NCBI GenBank assembly: GCA_002328165.1
Contig: DCWS01000029.1
Coordinates: 46,387 to 110,386 of the forward strand
Reading direction: 5' to 3'
DNA from: Desulfobacteraceae bacterium UBA2156
Lineage (GTDB): Bacteria; Desulfobacterota; Desulfobacteria; Desulfobacterales; UBA2156
Length of the DNA: 64,000 nucleotides
Shown here: in pieces, positions 1-10,086 of the stretch
Layout: every line of letters begins with the position of its first letter
Position numbering within the stretch: position 1 is the first letter of the stretch
Position numbers and translations under genes: made by a program
Notes under the pieces: model-generated
Seen by the model: the letters and a program-made list of their open reading frames with translations, nothing else
Told to the model about the DNA's origin: nothing
Databases searched by the model: none

Positions 1-1
1 G

Positions 2-184
2 TTTGGTGATGTTCTTGCCGGCCCTCTTTATGATCAGGAGGGTATTTTACATGCGGAATTGGACATGGGAGAGATAATAAGAGGAAAGGTCGATTTTGAT
101 GTCGTTGGTCACTATGCGCGTCCTGATGTTTTCCAATTGATCGTTAATGAAAAATCGATGTCTCCTGTAGTAAGAGAGAGATAG
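2..184 (+). CDS. Carbon-nitrogen hydrolase / nitrilase family protein, C-terminal end (5' part lies outside the window)
   Basis: The open frame from the window edge translates to FGDVLAGPLYDQEGILHAELDMGEIIRGKVDFDVVGHYARPDVFQLIVNEKSMSPVVRER, with TAG at 182-184. The motif D..GHY.RPDVF is typical of nitrilase C-termini, recalled from family knowledge. Confidence 0.55.
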   Translation, partial: FGDVLAGPLYDQEGILHAELDMGEIIRGKVDFDVVGHYARPDVFQLIVNEKSMSPVVRER

Positions 185-308
185 TTGGCGTCTTTTATCG
201 CCAATCGATATGTTATCAGGTAATATTGCGTAACTTTACATCTACCGGAGGTTGTGTCATAATAATAGAAAAAACGGCTTCCATCAGATTTCCTTTGGAG
301 ATGAAAAA

Positions 309-572
309 ATGAAAGACAACTGGGAAAAAACGCTTTCCTGTGCCATCCAATGTGAAAAGTGCGGCAACAAGCTGGACCCGACTGATCAACGGATCTTATC
401 GGCCTATGATCACCAGCCTATCTGTATGGCCTGCAAACTGGAAGAAGAAGACCGCCCGGATTACGCGGAAGTATCTAAAGATATGATCGGACAATGTCTG
501 GCGGAATCGGAAATATTGTATAGCGATCCAGGAGGATACTGTTTTTATCATTTTTACCCATTCAAATGTTGA
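309..572 (+). CDS. Small Cys-rich protein (CxxC...CxxC zinc-ribbon-like), function unknown
   Basis: The track ORF is 252..572. The ATG at 309 is preceded by GGAG at 296-299, while the upstream TTG at 252 has no RBS. Motifs CEKCGNKL and ICMACKL are present, with 8 Cys in total. Confidence 0.45.
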   Translation: MKDNWEKTLSCAIQCEKCGNKLDPTDQRILSAYDHQPICMACKLEEEDRPDYAEVSKDMIGQCLAESEILYSDPGGYCFYHFYPFKC

Positions 573-665
573 CGGTTTTTTAAATCACCTAATCTGCCAA
601 AGCTGGTGACTCATTCTTTATCAAAAAATTTAATGCCCAAAAAGCAATAATGATCATTTTAAACA

Positions 666-3600
666 ATGTTCTTTAAAAAGTTAAAGATCATCCTCCTCCC
701 GATTCTCGCCCTACTTATTTTCATCATTGTTTCAGTCTTTATCCTCAATGCCCTCATCTCAACCCCTTCGGTTCGGCATTATTTGCTGTCACGATTATCC
801 GCGTCAATCGGGTATGAGCTCCATGCAAAAGATATAGAACTCAGTTTTTGGAAAGGTGTGGGAATCAATGTCAGTGGATTGGATGCGATCTCCCTCACCG
901 GGGCTGAGAAAATTCAAATATCGAATATCAAAATCACCCTTCAGATTAGAGAACTGCTGCGGGGAAGTCTTATTCCGACCAATCTTGTCTTTGTCAGACC
1001 CCAAATCCAACTTGATAACCCTTTCGGCCCTCGGGTCTTCCCCGGCCGTAGGAAAATAACATTGCAAACGCTAAAACAGTTCGGTCGGGATTTTCAAGGA
1101 ATCTATATCCGGAAATCCACAGGACCCCTCTCGCTTGCGATAGAAGACGCAAAGATTTCAATCAATGATCTGCCTTTTGAGTTCGACAACATCAATTTTG
1201 ATTTGGTTCAAAGAAGCGAAGACCCCTTTAAATTAGATATCGCATTAAATGGAAAGATCGGACTTCATCAGGAAAGAATTTCACTTCAAATAAAAGGATC
1301 AATCACCCGGGACGCAGATGAAAAGGGACGCACTTTTGCCGAAGCCGTTTTGAAGACAAGCGATGTTCCACTGACATGGATTAAATGGCCATCGTCCTTT
1401 CCAGTTGAAAAAGGAAGTGCTGAAATCAGGGTAAAGATCCAGGGTCCACTCACGGGGCCGATGTCGTCCAGGGGGCAAGTCAGGGCCAAGGACCTCGATT
1501 TCCTGATTGTAGGTGCCAAAAACAAAAAATCTTTTTCTTTTAAACGCTTTGTTATTGATTTTGACACGCATTATTCTGAATCGATCTTGCGGATTTCCTC
1601 TCTTCAACTCAAATCCGAAAACGTGTTGATGAATGCCAGCTCAAGAATCGATTTCGGAAAACTCTCAAACCCCCACTTGGCCTTTAGAGTCAAAGCCCCT
1701 TTTATGCCTTTAGGGACCTTTCAAAAAATTTTCCCATCCCCTCTCTTACCTTCTTGGTTGGAGGCACGCCTTTTTCCACTTTTCACAAAGGGCGATGTCC
1801 GGCTCGATCTCTTTTCACTCAACGGCCGTTTGAATCAGATACGGAATCTGCACCTTGCCAAAAATGCGGCTCTTCTGACATTGAAATTGACATGTAAGGC
1901 TTTTAATGTGCTTGAGGGCAAACCCGGCCTGCCCTTCACCAATGTTTCGGGGGTAGTAAAAATTGAAAAAGGGGCCCTCTCTGTATCAGATGTGTTGGCT
2001 GGATTCGGAAAATCATCCCTTGAAAAAGGATCATTTAACGTCAGCAGCCTCTATGGCGCCAACCGCACCTTTCACATCCTCTTTGAGGGGGAGTTCTCCC
2101 TTGAAGACCTTATGCTGCTAAGGAAGATCGATCTGATACCTGTTGATCTGCACCGGAAACTTCAAGGGTTTGAATCAGCTGCAGGTAGGCTAAAAACCGG
2201 CATCAGCATTTCCTATGACAGCGCTTTAAAGTATATGAAAGTCAGAAAAGGGACCTTTCAACTAGTGGGTGGTTTTATCCAGCATAAAAGACTGATTTTG
2301 CCCCTTGTTTTAACCCGAGCCGAGCTCAAAATTAAAGGGGAAAAGAACCATCGATTTCAGGGCATCGGTCAATGGGGAAAATCAAACATCCAATTCTCCG
2401 GATCAGTGGGGCCATTGTTTCAAATCGGTGAAGTTAAGGTCTCAGCAAAGGCAGACGTCACCGAGATAGTGGATATTTTTTTTCCAGATCGAACGGTGCT
2501 TCGAAAATTTCAAACACCTGTACCTTTGCAGTTCACACTCTTCAAAAGAAAACGAATCTGGGCATCCCGTGGTGAAATTGCCCTCAATGACGTAAGATTT
2601 GAGGCAGGACCTCTTTTCATAGCACCCACTCAAAAAGACAGCAGGATTCTTTTTGATATCGAACTTGATCCAGGCAAAAAAATCGATTTTAAGCGTCTGC
2701 GGTGGCATACAGGGGAGTCCTCGCTCCAAATGACAGGTGCCTATGACCTGAAGGACAAAGACACCCTGAGTCTTGGGGTCTCAACCGACAGACTTGCGGT
2801 GGAGAATTTAGGAATCAGATTTAAAACGGGGGACTTACGAGCTTATGGTCTTTTTGCGTTTAACGCTATGCTCAAAATTTCGCGAAAAAATCTCAAATTG
2901 ACCGAGCTGAACGGAGAAATGGTAGCTCAAGGGCTCTCTTTGTTTTCTGCGGCCTTCCCCTGGCCCGTTGTGAACAGTAACTTCAAGCTCAATTTTTCCG
3001 GTAAAGAGACCCACATAGAATCGATGAATCTTCAGCTGGGTCAAAATAGACTATCTATTCAAGGCCGTTTAAAAGAATGGAGACGCTTAAAAGGATCATT
3101 GGTGGTATCGACAAGCCGTCTGGACTTCTCGGATTGGATAACACATAAAACCGGCAGCGCTTTCAATTACAATGATTCCGCCCTCGGCCGTTTTATCGAC
3201 AAATCAGATCTGCGGATAAAATTAAAGGTCGGCAAAGGTCAATTTGAGGGTATGAAATACGGCCCGTTAAAGATACAGGGTACTTTTCGATCAGGGGATA
3301 TCAATATTACAAATTCAGACATTCAGCTGGAACACGGAATCCTCCATGTGAAAGGTCACGTCAAAAGAGGAAAAACACCAGAAACACTCCTTTCCAGTTA
3401 CATAAAGTTGACCAAGCAGCCGCTCAAAGAACTTCCCCAAAAATTTGACGGCCTGACGTCGCGCTTGGAAGGACTGTTGACTCTGGAAGGGTTCTTTTTC
3501 ACCAGAGGGGAAAAAAAGAAAGACTTGATTTCCGGCTTAAACGGAGGGTTTAACATTCTCATTGAAAAGGGAATGTTCAAAAAGAAGCCCCATGTGATTT

Positions 3601-4118
3601 TTAAGATCCTCGAATTTTTGAGTCTCAAAAATCTATTAAAGAAGAGGCCGGAAACCTTTTCAAAAGGGGGATTCTATTTTGAAACCATTATGGCACACAT
3701 CGCCATTGATAATGGGGTTTTTGGTACAGATAGTCTTATGATGAAAAGCCCTATATTTAACGGAATCGCCAAGGGAAAGATGGATCTGGCCGGATTAAAA
3801 GTAGATGCTGAAGTGGGGATCCAACCCCTGGGCACTGTCGATTTTCTCCTCAGCAATATACCGATCGTCGGTTATATCTTGACTGGAAAAGAAAAATCTC
3901 TCTTGGTCTATTACTTCAAAGTGGAGGGACTTTTCCCCACGCCTGACGTTCGATACGTACCATTGGAAAACCTGGGGAAAAGCACGTTCGGCTTTATTAA
4001 GCGTCTGCTGTTTACCCCAGGGCGGATATTTAAGGATATTTTAAAGATCACCCAGGAGTTTTCTCAAAAAGAAGTCTCCCCGCTGAGTGTCGATAAGGAA
4101 AACAAAATGGATCCCTGA
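666..4118 (+). CDS. AsmA-family / YhdP-like large envelope protein (N-terminal TM anchor, AsmA-like C-terminal region)
   Basis: The ORF is 1150 aa with an N-terminal hydrophobic helix (IILLPILALLIFIIVSVFILNAL) and a long beta-rich body. The C-terminal block FETIMAHIAIDNGVFGTDSLMMKSPIFNGIAKGKMDL..GIQPLGTVDFLLSNIPIVGYIL resembles AsmA_2/YhdP C-termini. Confidence 0.6.
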   Translation: MFFKKLKIILLPILALLIFIIVSVFILNALISTPSVRHYLLSRLSASIGYELHAKDIELSFWKGVGINVSGLDAISLTGAEKIQISNIKITLQIRELLRGSLIPTNLVFVRPQIQLDNPFGPRVFPGRRKITLQTLKQFGRDFQGIYIRKSTGPLSLAIEDAKISINDLPFEFDNINFDLVQRSEDPFKLDIALNGKIGLHQERISLQIKGSITRDADEKGRTFAEAVLKTSDVPLTWIKWPSSFPVEKGSAEIRVKIQGPLTGPMSSRGQVRAKDLDFLIVGAKNKKSFSFKRFVIDFDTHYSESILRISSLQLKSENVLMNASSRIDFGKLSNPHLAFRVKAPFMPLGTFQKIFPSPLLPSWLEARLFPLFTKGDVRLDLFSLNGRLNQIRNLHLAKNAALLTLKLTCKAFNVLEGKPGLPFTNVSGVVKIEKGALSVSDVLAGFGKSSLEKGSFNVSSLYGANRTFHILFEGEFSLEDLMLLRKIDLIPVDLHRKLQGFESAAGRLKTGISISYDSALKYMKVRKGTFQLVGGFIQHKRLILPLVLTRAELKIKGEKNHRFQGIGQWGKSNIQFSGSVGPLFQIGEVKVSAKADVTEIVDIFFPDRTVLRKFQTPVPLQFTLFKRKRIWASRGEIALNDVRFEAGPLFIAPTQKDSRILFDIELDPGKKIDFKRLRWHTGESSLQMTGAYDLKDKDTLSLGVSTDRLAVENLGIRFKTGDLRAYGLFAFNAMLKISRKNLKLTELNGEMVAQGLSLFSAAFPWPVVNSNFKLNFSGKETHIESMNLQLGQNRLSIQGRLKEWRRLKGSLVVSTSRLDFSDWITHKTGSAFNYNDSALGRFIDKSDLRIKLKVGKGQFEGMKYGPLKIQGTFRSGDINITNSDIQLEHGILHVKGHVKRGKTPETLLSSYIKLTKQPLKELPQKFDGLTSRLEGLLTLEGFFFTRGEKKKDLISGLNGGFNILIEKGMFKKKPHVIFKILEFLSLKNLLKKRPETFSKGGFYFETIMAHIAIDNGVFGTDSLMMKSPIFNGIAKGKMDLAGLKVDAEVGIQPLGTVDFLLSNIPIVGYILTGKEKSLLVYYFKVEGLFPTPDVRYVPLENLGKSTFGFIKRLLFTPGRIFKDILKITQEFSQKEVSPLSVDKENKMDP

Positions 4119-4198
4119 CCTTCTGGGTTTGGACCCGGTGGATCAAGGGAGTTCCAACGGCAAACAGAATTGAAAACACCTGTTTTCAAGGCCAAATA

Positions 4199-4486
4199 AT
4201 GATTAAAGAAAATCTTTCAAAAAGATCAGCTAATCCTTTTTGATTTTTCAAATTTCTCTTTCTGGCATTTATACTCTTAGCTGGCAATGCGTGTCAAAAG
4301 CGCCCGCCCAATGTCCTGTTGATCTCTCTGGATGCTTGCCGAGCCCGGGAATTGGTTTTGTTATTTGCTCCCAAAAATCAAGTCCCACACAAAAAAAATG
4401 ACGCCAATACAAAACAGCAAAACAAACAGAGATATCGTAAAGACATATTCGAATATATTTCCGATACCCAGTCAGAAAATGGATAG
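4199..4486 (+). pseudogene. Sulfatase / alkaline-phosphatase-superfamily lipoprotein, N-terminal remnant with an in-frame TGA
   Basis: One frame reads MIKENLSKRSANPF-TGA(4241-4243)-FFKFLFLAFILLAGNACQKRPPNVLLISLDACRARELV, then unrelated sequence up to TAG at 4484-4486. This is a signal peptide plus lipobox (LAGNAC) followed by the PNVLLISLDxxRA motif of sulfatase-like N-termini. No catalytic domain follows. Confidence 0.45.
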
Positions 4487-4728
4487 AAGTGATAAAAGAT
4501 ATTTTTCATCAATAATATCGATTAGACCCCGATACTCCCAATCCTTACTCTCAGTCTCGGTTAATGATGAAATCAACTGAAAAACCAATAAAACACTCCC
4601 TGCGAAAAACGAAAGGATCCATACCTGTGATATTTTTCTCATGGCGTTTTTCTCTTAACTCCGGATGATAAAGGCCCGCTTATTATTGGACTGATAAGCA
4701 ATCCGACCCGCCGGTCTGTGCCGCTTAG

Positions 4729-6108
4729 TTATCGAATGGCAAAAGGGGCGCCAGTGACGTATTTTAGCAGAATTGGGTCACCTGCGGCAAGGGTAACATC
4801 CAGATAGCCTCTATTGCCATCGCTTTGGGTCAGCAAAAGGGTCTCCACCTTTCCATTGAGCTTGTTCAGGGTGAGCAGTGATGACCGACTGGTTTCCTGC
4901 GGCGCGTTCGAAAAATCAAATGTGATGCGGATCGTATCGGTGCCCCCTTCACTCACCGGCCAGGATCCATGGGTGTGGGAAACATTCTGCAGCATGAAGT
5001 AAAATTCGCCGGTATCATCTCGAAAAAAACCAACAGAAAACTCCAGCAACGAGTTTTCATTTGAACGTTCAATATCGACGATATAAGGATCATTCCCGGC
5101 ACCCGCCTCCCAGTTTTTTGTCTCTTTTGGTTGTAGCCACTCTATTAAGGGAATGTAGCGGACCGCTGTACTCGTCAACTGGGTTATCGCTCGCCCGAGA
5201 TTGTACATCTCGATATTGATCTGGGCTGCGATATGCCAGAGTGCCGTCGGCGATGTATTGAAACTGTCTTCGGCTTCAAACAGCGCAGGATCAAGGCCGT
5301 GATCCGGCCCAATGTTGTAAAAGAACCAGGTGTGTCCAGTGTATCCATAGAGAATCCCCGAAAATGCATTCCATCTCATGTCCGATTCGGTGAACGCGTC
5401 CGGATCGTCCTGGTTATAGTACGATTTTAGATAGCGCCAATACGGCTTATTTTGATCCAGACCGGCGTGACGAAAAATCTCCAGGGCCTCGTATGCGGAG
5501 CTGCTCCGTGTGTAATGATCGTAACTGATGATATCGCCGTCCACATGCTCACCGTAGTAGTCAAGAACATCATCGACATAATCGCTCATCTGAAAATTGA
5601 GATAGATCAATGCATTAGAATCCAGGGCACGAACCGCATTGACACCCGCCTCCATCGTCTGGAGGTTGTTAATAGCACACGCCAGACTGAGACAATCTCT
5701 GGCCGGCTCATCCCCTATCTGAAATCCGATCCTCCCCTGCACATCAGCGCTGTAACCGCCGATCAGTTCACCCCCGTCCGCGCTAGTTCCATCACTTTTT
5801 ACCCAGGAAACAAATCGAAAACTCGGGTGACCCGCGGCTGCCCATGCATCTGCCTCTCGAGGCAATCCATCTTCCCACAGATGCACTGCTGTCGCATAAA
5901 AATCATTAAAATACGTATTGACAAAATCACTGGGAGGCTCTCCCATCGAAACACTCAGGCCGCTAACAAACATAGGATTCGCCCTTATCCATTCAAGGGC
6001 TCGTGTCATCTGTGGCGGTTCGAAATCCGGATCATCCGGGTAATCGATTCCCAAATCGATACACGCGACAAGCAAAATTGCCAGCAAAATGATGATAATA
6101 CGCTTCAT
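4729..6108 (-). CDS. Hypothetical lipoprotein (possibly glycoside-hydrolase-like TIM-barrel; uncertain)
   Basis: The ORF is 459 aa. The signal peptide carries a lipobox (MKRIIIILLAILLVAC). GC is visibly higher than in flanking genes. I recognise no family-defining motif beyond a GDEP-type segment. Confidence 0.55.
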   Translation of the reverse strand: MKRIIIILLAILLVACIDLGIDYPDDPDFEPPQMTRALEWIRANPMFVSGLSVSMGEPPSDFVNTYFNDFYATAVHLWEDGLPREADAWAAAGHPSFRFVSWVKSDGTSADGGELIGGYSADVQGRIGFQIGDEPARDCLSLACAINNLQTMEAGVNAVRALDSNALIYLNFQMSDYVDDVLDYYGEHVDGDIISYDHYTRSSSAYEALEIFRHAGLDQNKPYWRYLKSYYNQDDPDAFTESDMRWNAFSGILYGYTGHTWFFYNIGPDHGLDPALFEAEDSFNTSPTALWHIAAQINIEMYNLGRAITQLTSTAVRYIPLIEWLQPKETKNWEAGAGNDPYIVDIERSNENSLLEFSVGFFRDDTGEFYFMLQNVSHTHGSWPVSEGGTDTIRITFDFSNAPQETSRSSLLTLNKLNGKVETLLLTQSDGNRGYLDVTLAAGDPILLKYVTGAPFAIR

Positions 6109-6389
6109 AACCGCTCCAATGAAAGATACTCTTCTGTTATAAAAACGGGATTATAAAAAATTAAAGCCTCTCGAAGTCCTTTTTTGCTTAATTTAAATGC
6201 AACACTTCTGATTTTTAATTTATACCATGTTAACCGCATGTCAACAATATATTGCATCTTTTCTTATCCTATAGACTACATAGAGTATAATTTCTTTGAA
6301 TTTTCTGTTTTTTCCTGTTTCCAATGCCCTTTTGTGACAACCCGGACACCCATGTTAGCAACATCCCATCTTATCTGATCGCCCGAGAA

Positions 6390-6731
6390 TCAGACCGGTT
6401 TTTCGATCAGGTTTGTCTGTGTTACCTCATCGACGATCCAGTCCAAAAACGATTGGTTCCCCCCGGTTAATGGAAGACTCACAATACATGGACAATCATA
6501 GGTATGGAGTTTTTTGACCCTTTCGACCACCTTCGGCACCCTTGTTTCCGCTGTTTTCGCTATGAGGATGACCTCCTGATCCTCCTGAAGCTCGCCTTCC
6601 CAGCGATAAATGGCGTTCATATTATCGATGATATTGACACAGGCGGCCAGTCTCGACTCAACCAGTGATCTACCGATCATTTTTGCTTCATCTTTGCTGC
6701 CGACTGTGACGTAAATAAGGTTCACCTTCAT
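6390..6731 (-). CDS. cutA: Divalent-cation tolerance protein CutA
   Basis: The 113-aa product MKVNLIYVTVGSKDEAKMIGRSLVESRLAACVNII..IYRWEGELQEDQEVILIAKT.. has the characteristic CutA1 pattern. Confidence 0.85.
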   Translation of the reverse strand: MKVNLIYVTVGSKDEAKMIGRSLVESRLAACVNIIDNMNAIYRWEGELQEDQEVILIAKTAETRVPKVVERVKKLHTYDCPCIVSLPLTGGNQSFLDWIVDEVTQTNLIEKPV

Positions 6732-6808
6732 CTTTCCACCCCTTCCATATTAAAATAATTAACCTCCATATACAAAACAAAGGCAGCAAAAAATCCGACC
6801 CCACGGAG

Positions 6809-7648
6809 TCAACCCTCCAGAAGTAGCGTATGCTTCGAATCCCTCGTCTCATTTTCTGCTGTGACCCGAATCGCTCGTTTCCCAAGAACCGGGCATTCGT
6901 GTTCACAAACCCCGCAGCCGATGCAACTTTTGAGATCAACAAATAGCTGCTGCAGTCGGACATTAATTTCAACACGGGCTTTTGACACAGGTGGCGATTT
7001 CCATTGAAATTCCGGATCAATCGACAGGGTCCGGGCGGTATTTTCAATTATGGGCCGAGGACGATCGTCCGGTGATTCCTTTGCCACACAAAAATAATCA
7101 CCGGTTGAAAACAGATCGGGAATAAATACTTCCCCGCTGAATTCGATATGCGCGTTCCCAGCTGTTTTCACAATTAAAGCGGTATTTATGTTTACCGTGT
7201 TGAAGGTTTCACGTGTAAAAATCGCTTTGGGGCTGACCGAACAATTTTCCTGACACACGATGCAGGATCTGTCCATCGCCCAGGGGAGACAGCGACCCCG
7301 ATCGACAAAGGCGGTTCCGATTCTTATCGGTCCTTTATCGGCATACGATTTTTCACCGAGTCGTTCATCGATGGTAATCGGTCGGATGGCCGCGGTCGGG
7401 CACAGATTTCCGCAGGCAATACATTCCAGCTGACAACCGCTCGTACCGATCCGAAAGTTGAGCAAAGGAGCCCACAGACCTTCCAATCCACCCTCGAATC
7501 CCGCTGGATGGATGACATTTGTCGGACAGATCCGCATACACTGACCACATTTAATGCACCGTGACAGAAAATCTTTTTCAGTCAACGCACCAGGCGGGCG
7601 GATAAGCCCGGATTCCCAATGGCTTGCCAGGCCTCCAGTCTGTTGCAC
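6809..7648 (-). CDS. 4Fe-4S dicluster domain protein (multi-ferredoxin-domain)
   Basis: Cluster motifs are CIKCGQCMRICP, CIACGNLCP, CIVCQENC and CIGCGVCEHECP. A GTG start lies 7 nt after the efp stop. The N-terminus begins only 17 aa before the conserved IRPPGAL segment, so an N-terminal signal/TM region present in relatives as I recall them may be missing. Confidence 0.7.
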   Translation of the reverse strand: MQQTGGLASHWESGLIRPPGALTEKDFLSRCIKCGQCMRICPTNVIHPAGFEGGLEGLWAPLLNFRIGTSGCQLECIACGNLCPTAAIRPITIDERLGEKSYADKGPIRIGTAFVDRGRCLPWAMDRSCIVCQENCSVSPKAIFTRETFNTVNINTALIVKTAGNAHIEFSGEVFIPDLFSTGDYFCVAKESPDDRPRPIIENTARTLSIDPEFQWKSPPVSKARVEINVRLQQLFVDLKSCIGCGVCEHECPVLGKRAIRVTAENETRDSKHTLLLEG

Positions 7649-7655
7649 TCTTTTT

Positions 7656-8225
7656 TCACACTTTCACACGCTCCACATATTCACCGGTCCTTGTGTCAAT
7701 CCGGATCATCTCACCCTCCTCAATAAAGGGCGGGACCTGCACAATAAAACCGGTCTCAAGGGTAGCGGTCTTTGTGCTCCCTGAAGCGGTATCCCCCTTT
7801 GTCCAGGGATCTGTTTTGATTATCTTTAAAACGATGAAATTGGGGAGGGCAACACCGATCGGTTTCTCCTCGAAAAAAAGGACAGTACATTTGGTATTTT
7901 CCTTTATTAAACTCCGGCTTTCACCTAACTGATCCTCGGAAAGAAATTCCTGACTCCATGTAGAGGTGTTCATAAAGCAGTATTGGGTCCCATCAATATA
8001 CAGAAACTCCATCGGGTGCTCTTCCAGGTTTGCTTTCTTGAATTTATCACCTGATCGAAACGTTCTGTCAAATTGTGCACCGGTCAACATGTTCTTGAGT
8101 TTACATTTATAAAGGGCCTGACCTTTGCCGGGTTTGACAAATTCGAACTGCACAATTATGTAAGGGTCTCCATTGATTTCAATTTTTAATCCTTTTCTCA
8201 GATGTCCGCTTTCATACATAGTCAA
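7656..8225 (-). CDS. efp: Elongation factor P
   Basis: The 189-aa product contains LRKGLKIEINGDPYIIVQFEFVKPGKGQALYKCKLKNMLTG, the canonical EF-P N-terminal domain including the KPGKG loop. Confidence 0.95.
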   Translation of the reverse strand: MTMYESGHLRKGLKIEINGDPYIIVQFEFVKPGKGQALYKCKLKNMLTGAQFDRTFRSGDKFKKANLEEHPMEFLYIDGTQYCFMNTSTWSQEFLSEDQLGESRSLIKENTKCTVLFFEEKPIGVALPNFIVLKIIKTDPWTKGDTASGSTKTATLETGFIVQVPPFIEEGEMIRIDTRTGEYVERVKV

Positions 8226-8550
8226 TACACCTCCATTAATCTCCGGTTCTTCGATCGACTATGGATGATCCCTTCTTATCCATATCGACAGACAATTTCC
8301 CCCGGTACCAGAATTCGGTTGACATTTTTTATTATCTCTAACATATTCGGCATGTTTTGGCAAATCGTTTGGTTCTGGCATCCCGGTGGAAAACGACGAT
8401 AAAGCCGGGTTTTTGAAGAACCCTGCAACCAGCTACAGCCTCTGCTTCAGCGGGATTCCACTGATAAGAAAATTGTCTTATTTTAAGATTCGCTCGCTGA
8501 TCCCGCAAACCCGAATGACGGGATCTTAGCTGCGCTTCGACAAGGCTATT

Positions 8551-10080
8551 ATGATACTCATCATTGATTTTGGTTCGCAATACAATCAGTTAATCGCCCG
8601 GCGTGTACGGGAGTTCCATGTTTATTCCCAGATAGAACCACCAGACATAACGATTGAAGAGATTAAAAATCTCAAGCCGGAAGGAATCATTCTTTCCGGC
8701 GGTCCCTCCAGCATATACGAAAAGGCACGCCCGGGGACAGATCCTGGCCTGTTTGATCTTGGTATCCCGGTGCTAGGTATCTGTTATGGCATGCAGTTCA
8801 TGGTGGACGTACTTGGGGGAACGGTCAAGAAGGCCGCAAAACGGGAGTATGGATATGCGTTGCTTCAGGCTAAAAGCGAAAAAGGGATTTTCAGCGGTGT
8901 GGATAAAATCACACCATGTTGGATGAGCCACGGGGACTCAATTAAAGCGCTGCCAAAAGGTTTTAAAATAACCGCTTCAACAAAAAATGCCGCGATCGCA
9001 GCTATGGCGAATCACCGAAAAAACCATTTTGGTCTGCAATTTCATCCTGAAGTGCATCACACCCCCCAAGGTCAGCGGATGTTGAAAAATTTTATTCTGG
9101 ATGTTTGCAGATGTCAGCCTTCCTGGACGATACCATCCTTTGTCAATGACTCGATCGCTCGGATAAAGGATCGGGTCGGTTGTAAAAAAATTATTTTGGG
9201 GCTCAGCGGCGGCGTGGACTCTTCGGTCACAGCCGTGTTGCTCCACAAGGCAGTGGGAAAACGTCTCACCTGCATTTTTGTCGATAACGGCCTTCTCAGG
9301 ATGGATGAAGCGGAAAAATTAAAAAGCGCGTTGAGACAACATCTTAAGATCAACATTCGATTTGTAAACGCACAAAACAAATTTTTAAGACCGCTAAAAA
9401 ATATAACCGATCCGGAAAAAAAGCGAAAAATCATCGGCAAGGTCTTTATTGAGGTCTTTGAGACTGAAGCCAATAAGGCTAAAGGGGTTGAATTCCTTGC
9501 CCAAGGAACGCTCTATCCAGATGTCATTGAATCTGTATCCGCATTTGGCGGGCCAACCGCCGTTATCAAATCCCATCACAACGTGGGGGGCCTTCCCGGT
9601 AAAATGAGATTGGCGCTTTTAGAACCTTTAAAATATCTTTTTAAAGATGAGGTGCGTGAACTCGGAAAGACTTTGGGTATACCCGAAGAATTGATTTGGC
9701 GACAGCCGTTTCCAGGACCTGGTTTGGCCATCCGAATCATCGGAGAAGTGACCCGGAAACGATTGTCTGTTTTAAGAAAAGTTGATGCGGTTTTGATTGA
9801 AGAAATAAAAAAGAACGGGTATTATAAAAGATTATGGCAATCGTTTGCGGTGCTCCTGCCGATAAAAAGTGTGGGCATCATGGGAGATCAACGGATATAT
9901 GAAAATATCATTGCCATCCGCGCGGTGACCAGCACAGATGCAATGACAGCAGACTGGGCAAAATTGCCCCATAAATTTCTCGGTCTGATTTCGAACAGAA
10001 TCATCAATGAAGTCAGTGGGGTGAGCAGGGTGGTTTATGACATCAGCTCTAAACCGCCCAGCACAATTGAGTGGGAATAG
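8551..10080 (+). CDS. guaA: GMP synthase (glutamine-hydrolysing)
   Basis: The 509-aa product has the GATase motif GICYGMQ, the ATP-PPase P-loop LSGGVDSSV, and the C-terminal IEWE. Confidence 0.97.
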   Translation: MILIIDFGSQYNQLIARRVREFHVYSQIEPPDITIEEIKNLKPEGIILSGGPSSIYEKARPGTDPGLFDLGIPVLGICYGMQFMVDVLGGTVKKAAKREYGYALLQAKSEKGIFSGVDKITPCWMSHGDSIKALPKGFKITASTKNAAIAAMANHRKNHFGLQFHPEVHHTPQGQRMLKNFILDVCRCQPSWTIPSFVNDSIARIKDRVGCKKIILGLSGGVDSSVTAVLLHKAVGKRLTCIFVDNGLLRMDEAEKLKSALRQHLKINIRFVNAQNKFLRPLKNITDPEKKRKIIGKVFIEVFETEANKAKGVEFLAQGTLYPDVIESVSAFGGPTAVIKSHHNVGGLPGKMRLALLEPLKYLFKDEVRELGKTLGIPEELIWRQPFPGPGLAIRIIGEVTRKRLSVLRKVDAVLIEEIKKNGYYKRLWQSFAVLLPIKSVGIMGDQRIYENIIAIRAVTSTDAMTADWAKLPHKFLGLISNRIINEVSGVSRVVYDISSKPPSTIEWE

Positions 10081-10086
10081 ACGCAG

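Noticed and set aside
5452-6156. Long antisense or overlapping ORFs: 5452-6156(+), 11746-12210(-), 13470-13865(-), 22334-22795(+), 39101-39556(-), 43339-43827(+), 50529-50963(+), 52460-52843(-), 62432-62839(-), 63398-63784(+) and many shorter ones
   Set aside because: Each lies entirely within or opposite a well-supported conserved gene, or within GC-rich DNA where random ORFs are long. None has a recognisable motif or RBS. I treat them as shadow ORFs.
8226-8550. Purine/guanine riboswitch or attenuator in the guaA leader
   Set aside because: The region has a TTGACA-17-CATATT promoter candidate and two hairpins. One is CCCGG-N18-CCGGG followed by T5 at 8382-8414. The other is GATCCCG-N13-CGGGATC at 8499-8525. 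It lacks the conserved purine-riboswitch junction sequences, and the first hairpin is weak (5-bp stem, 18-nt loop). Evidence is insufficient to call a regulatory RNA.
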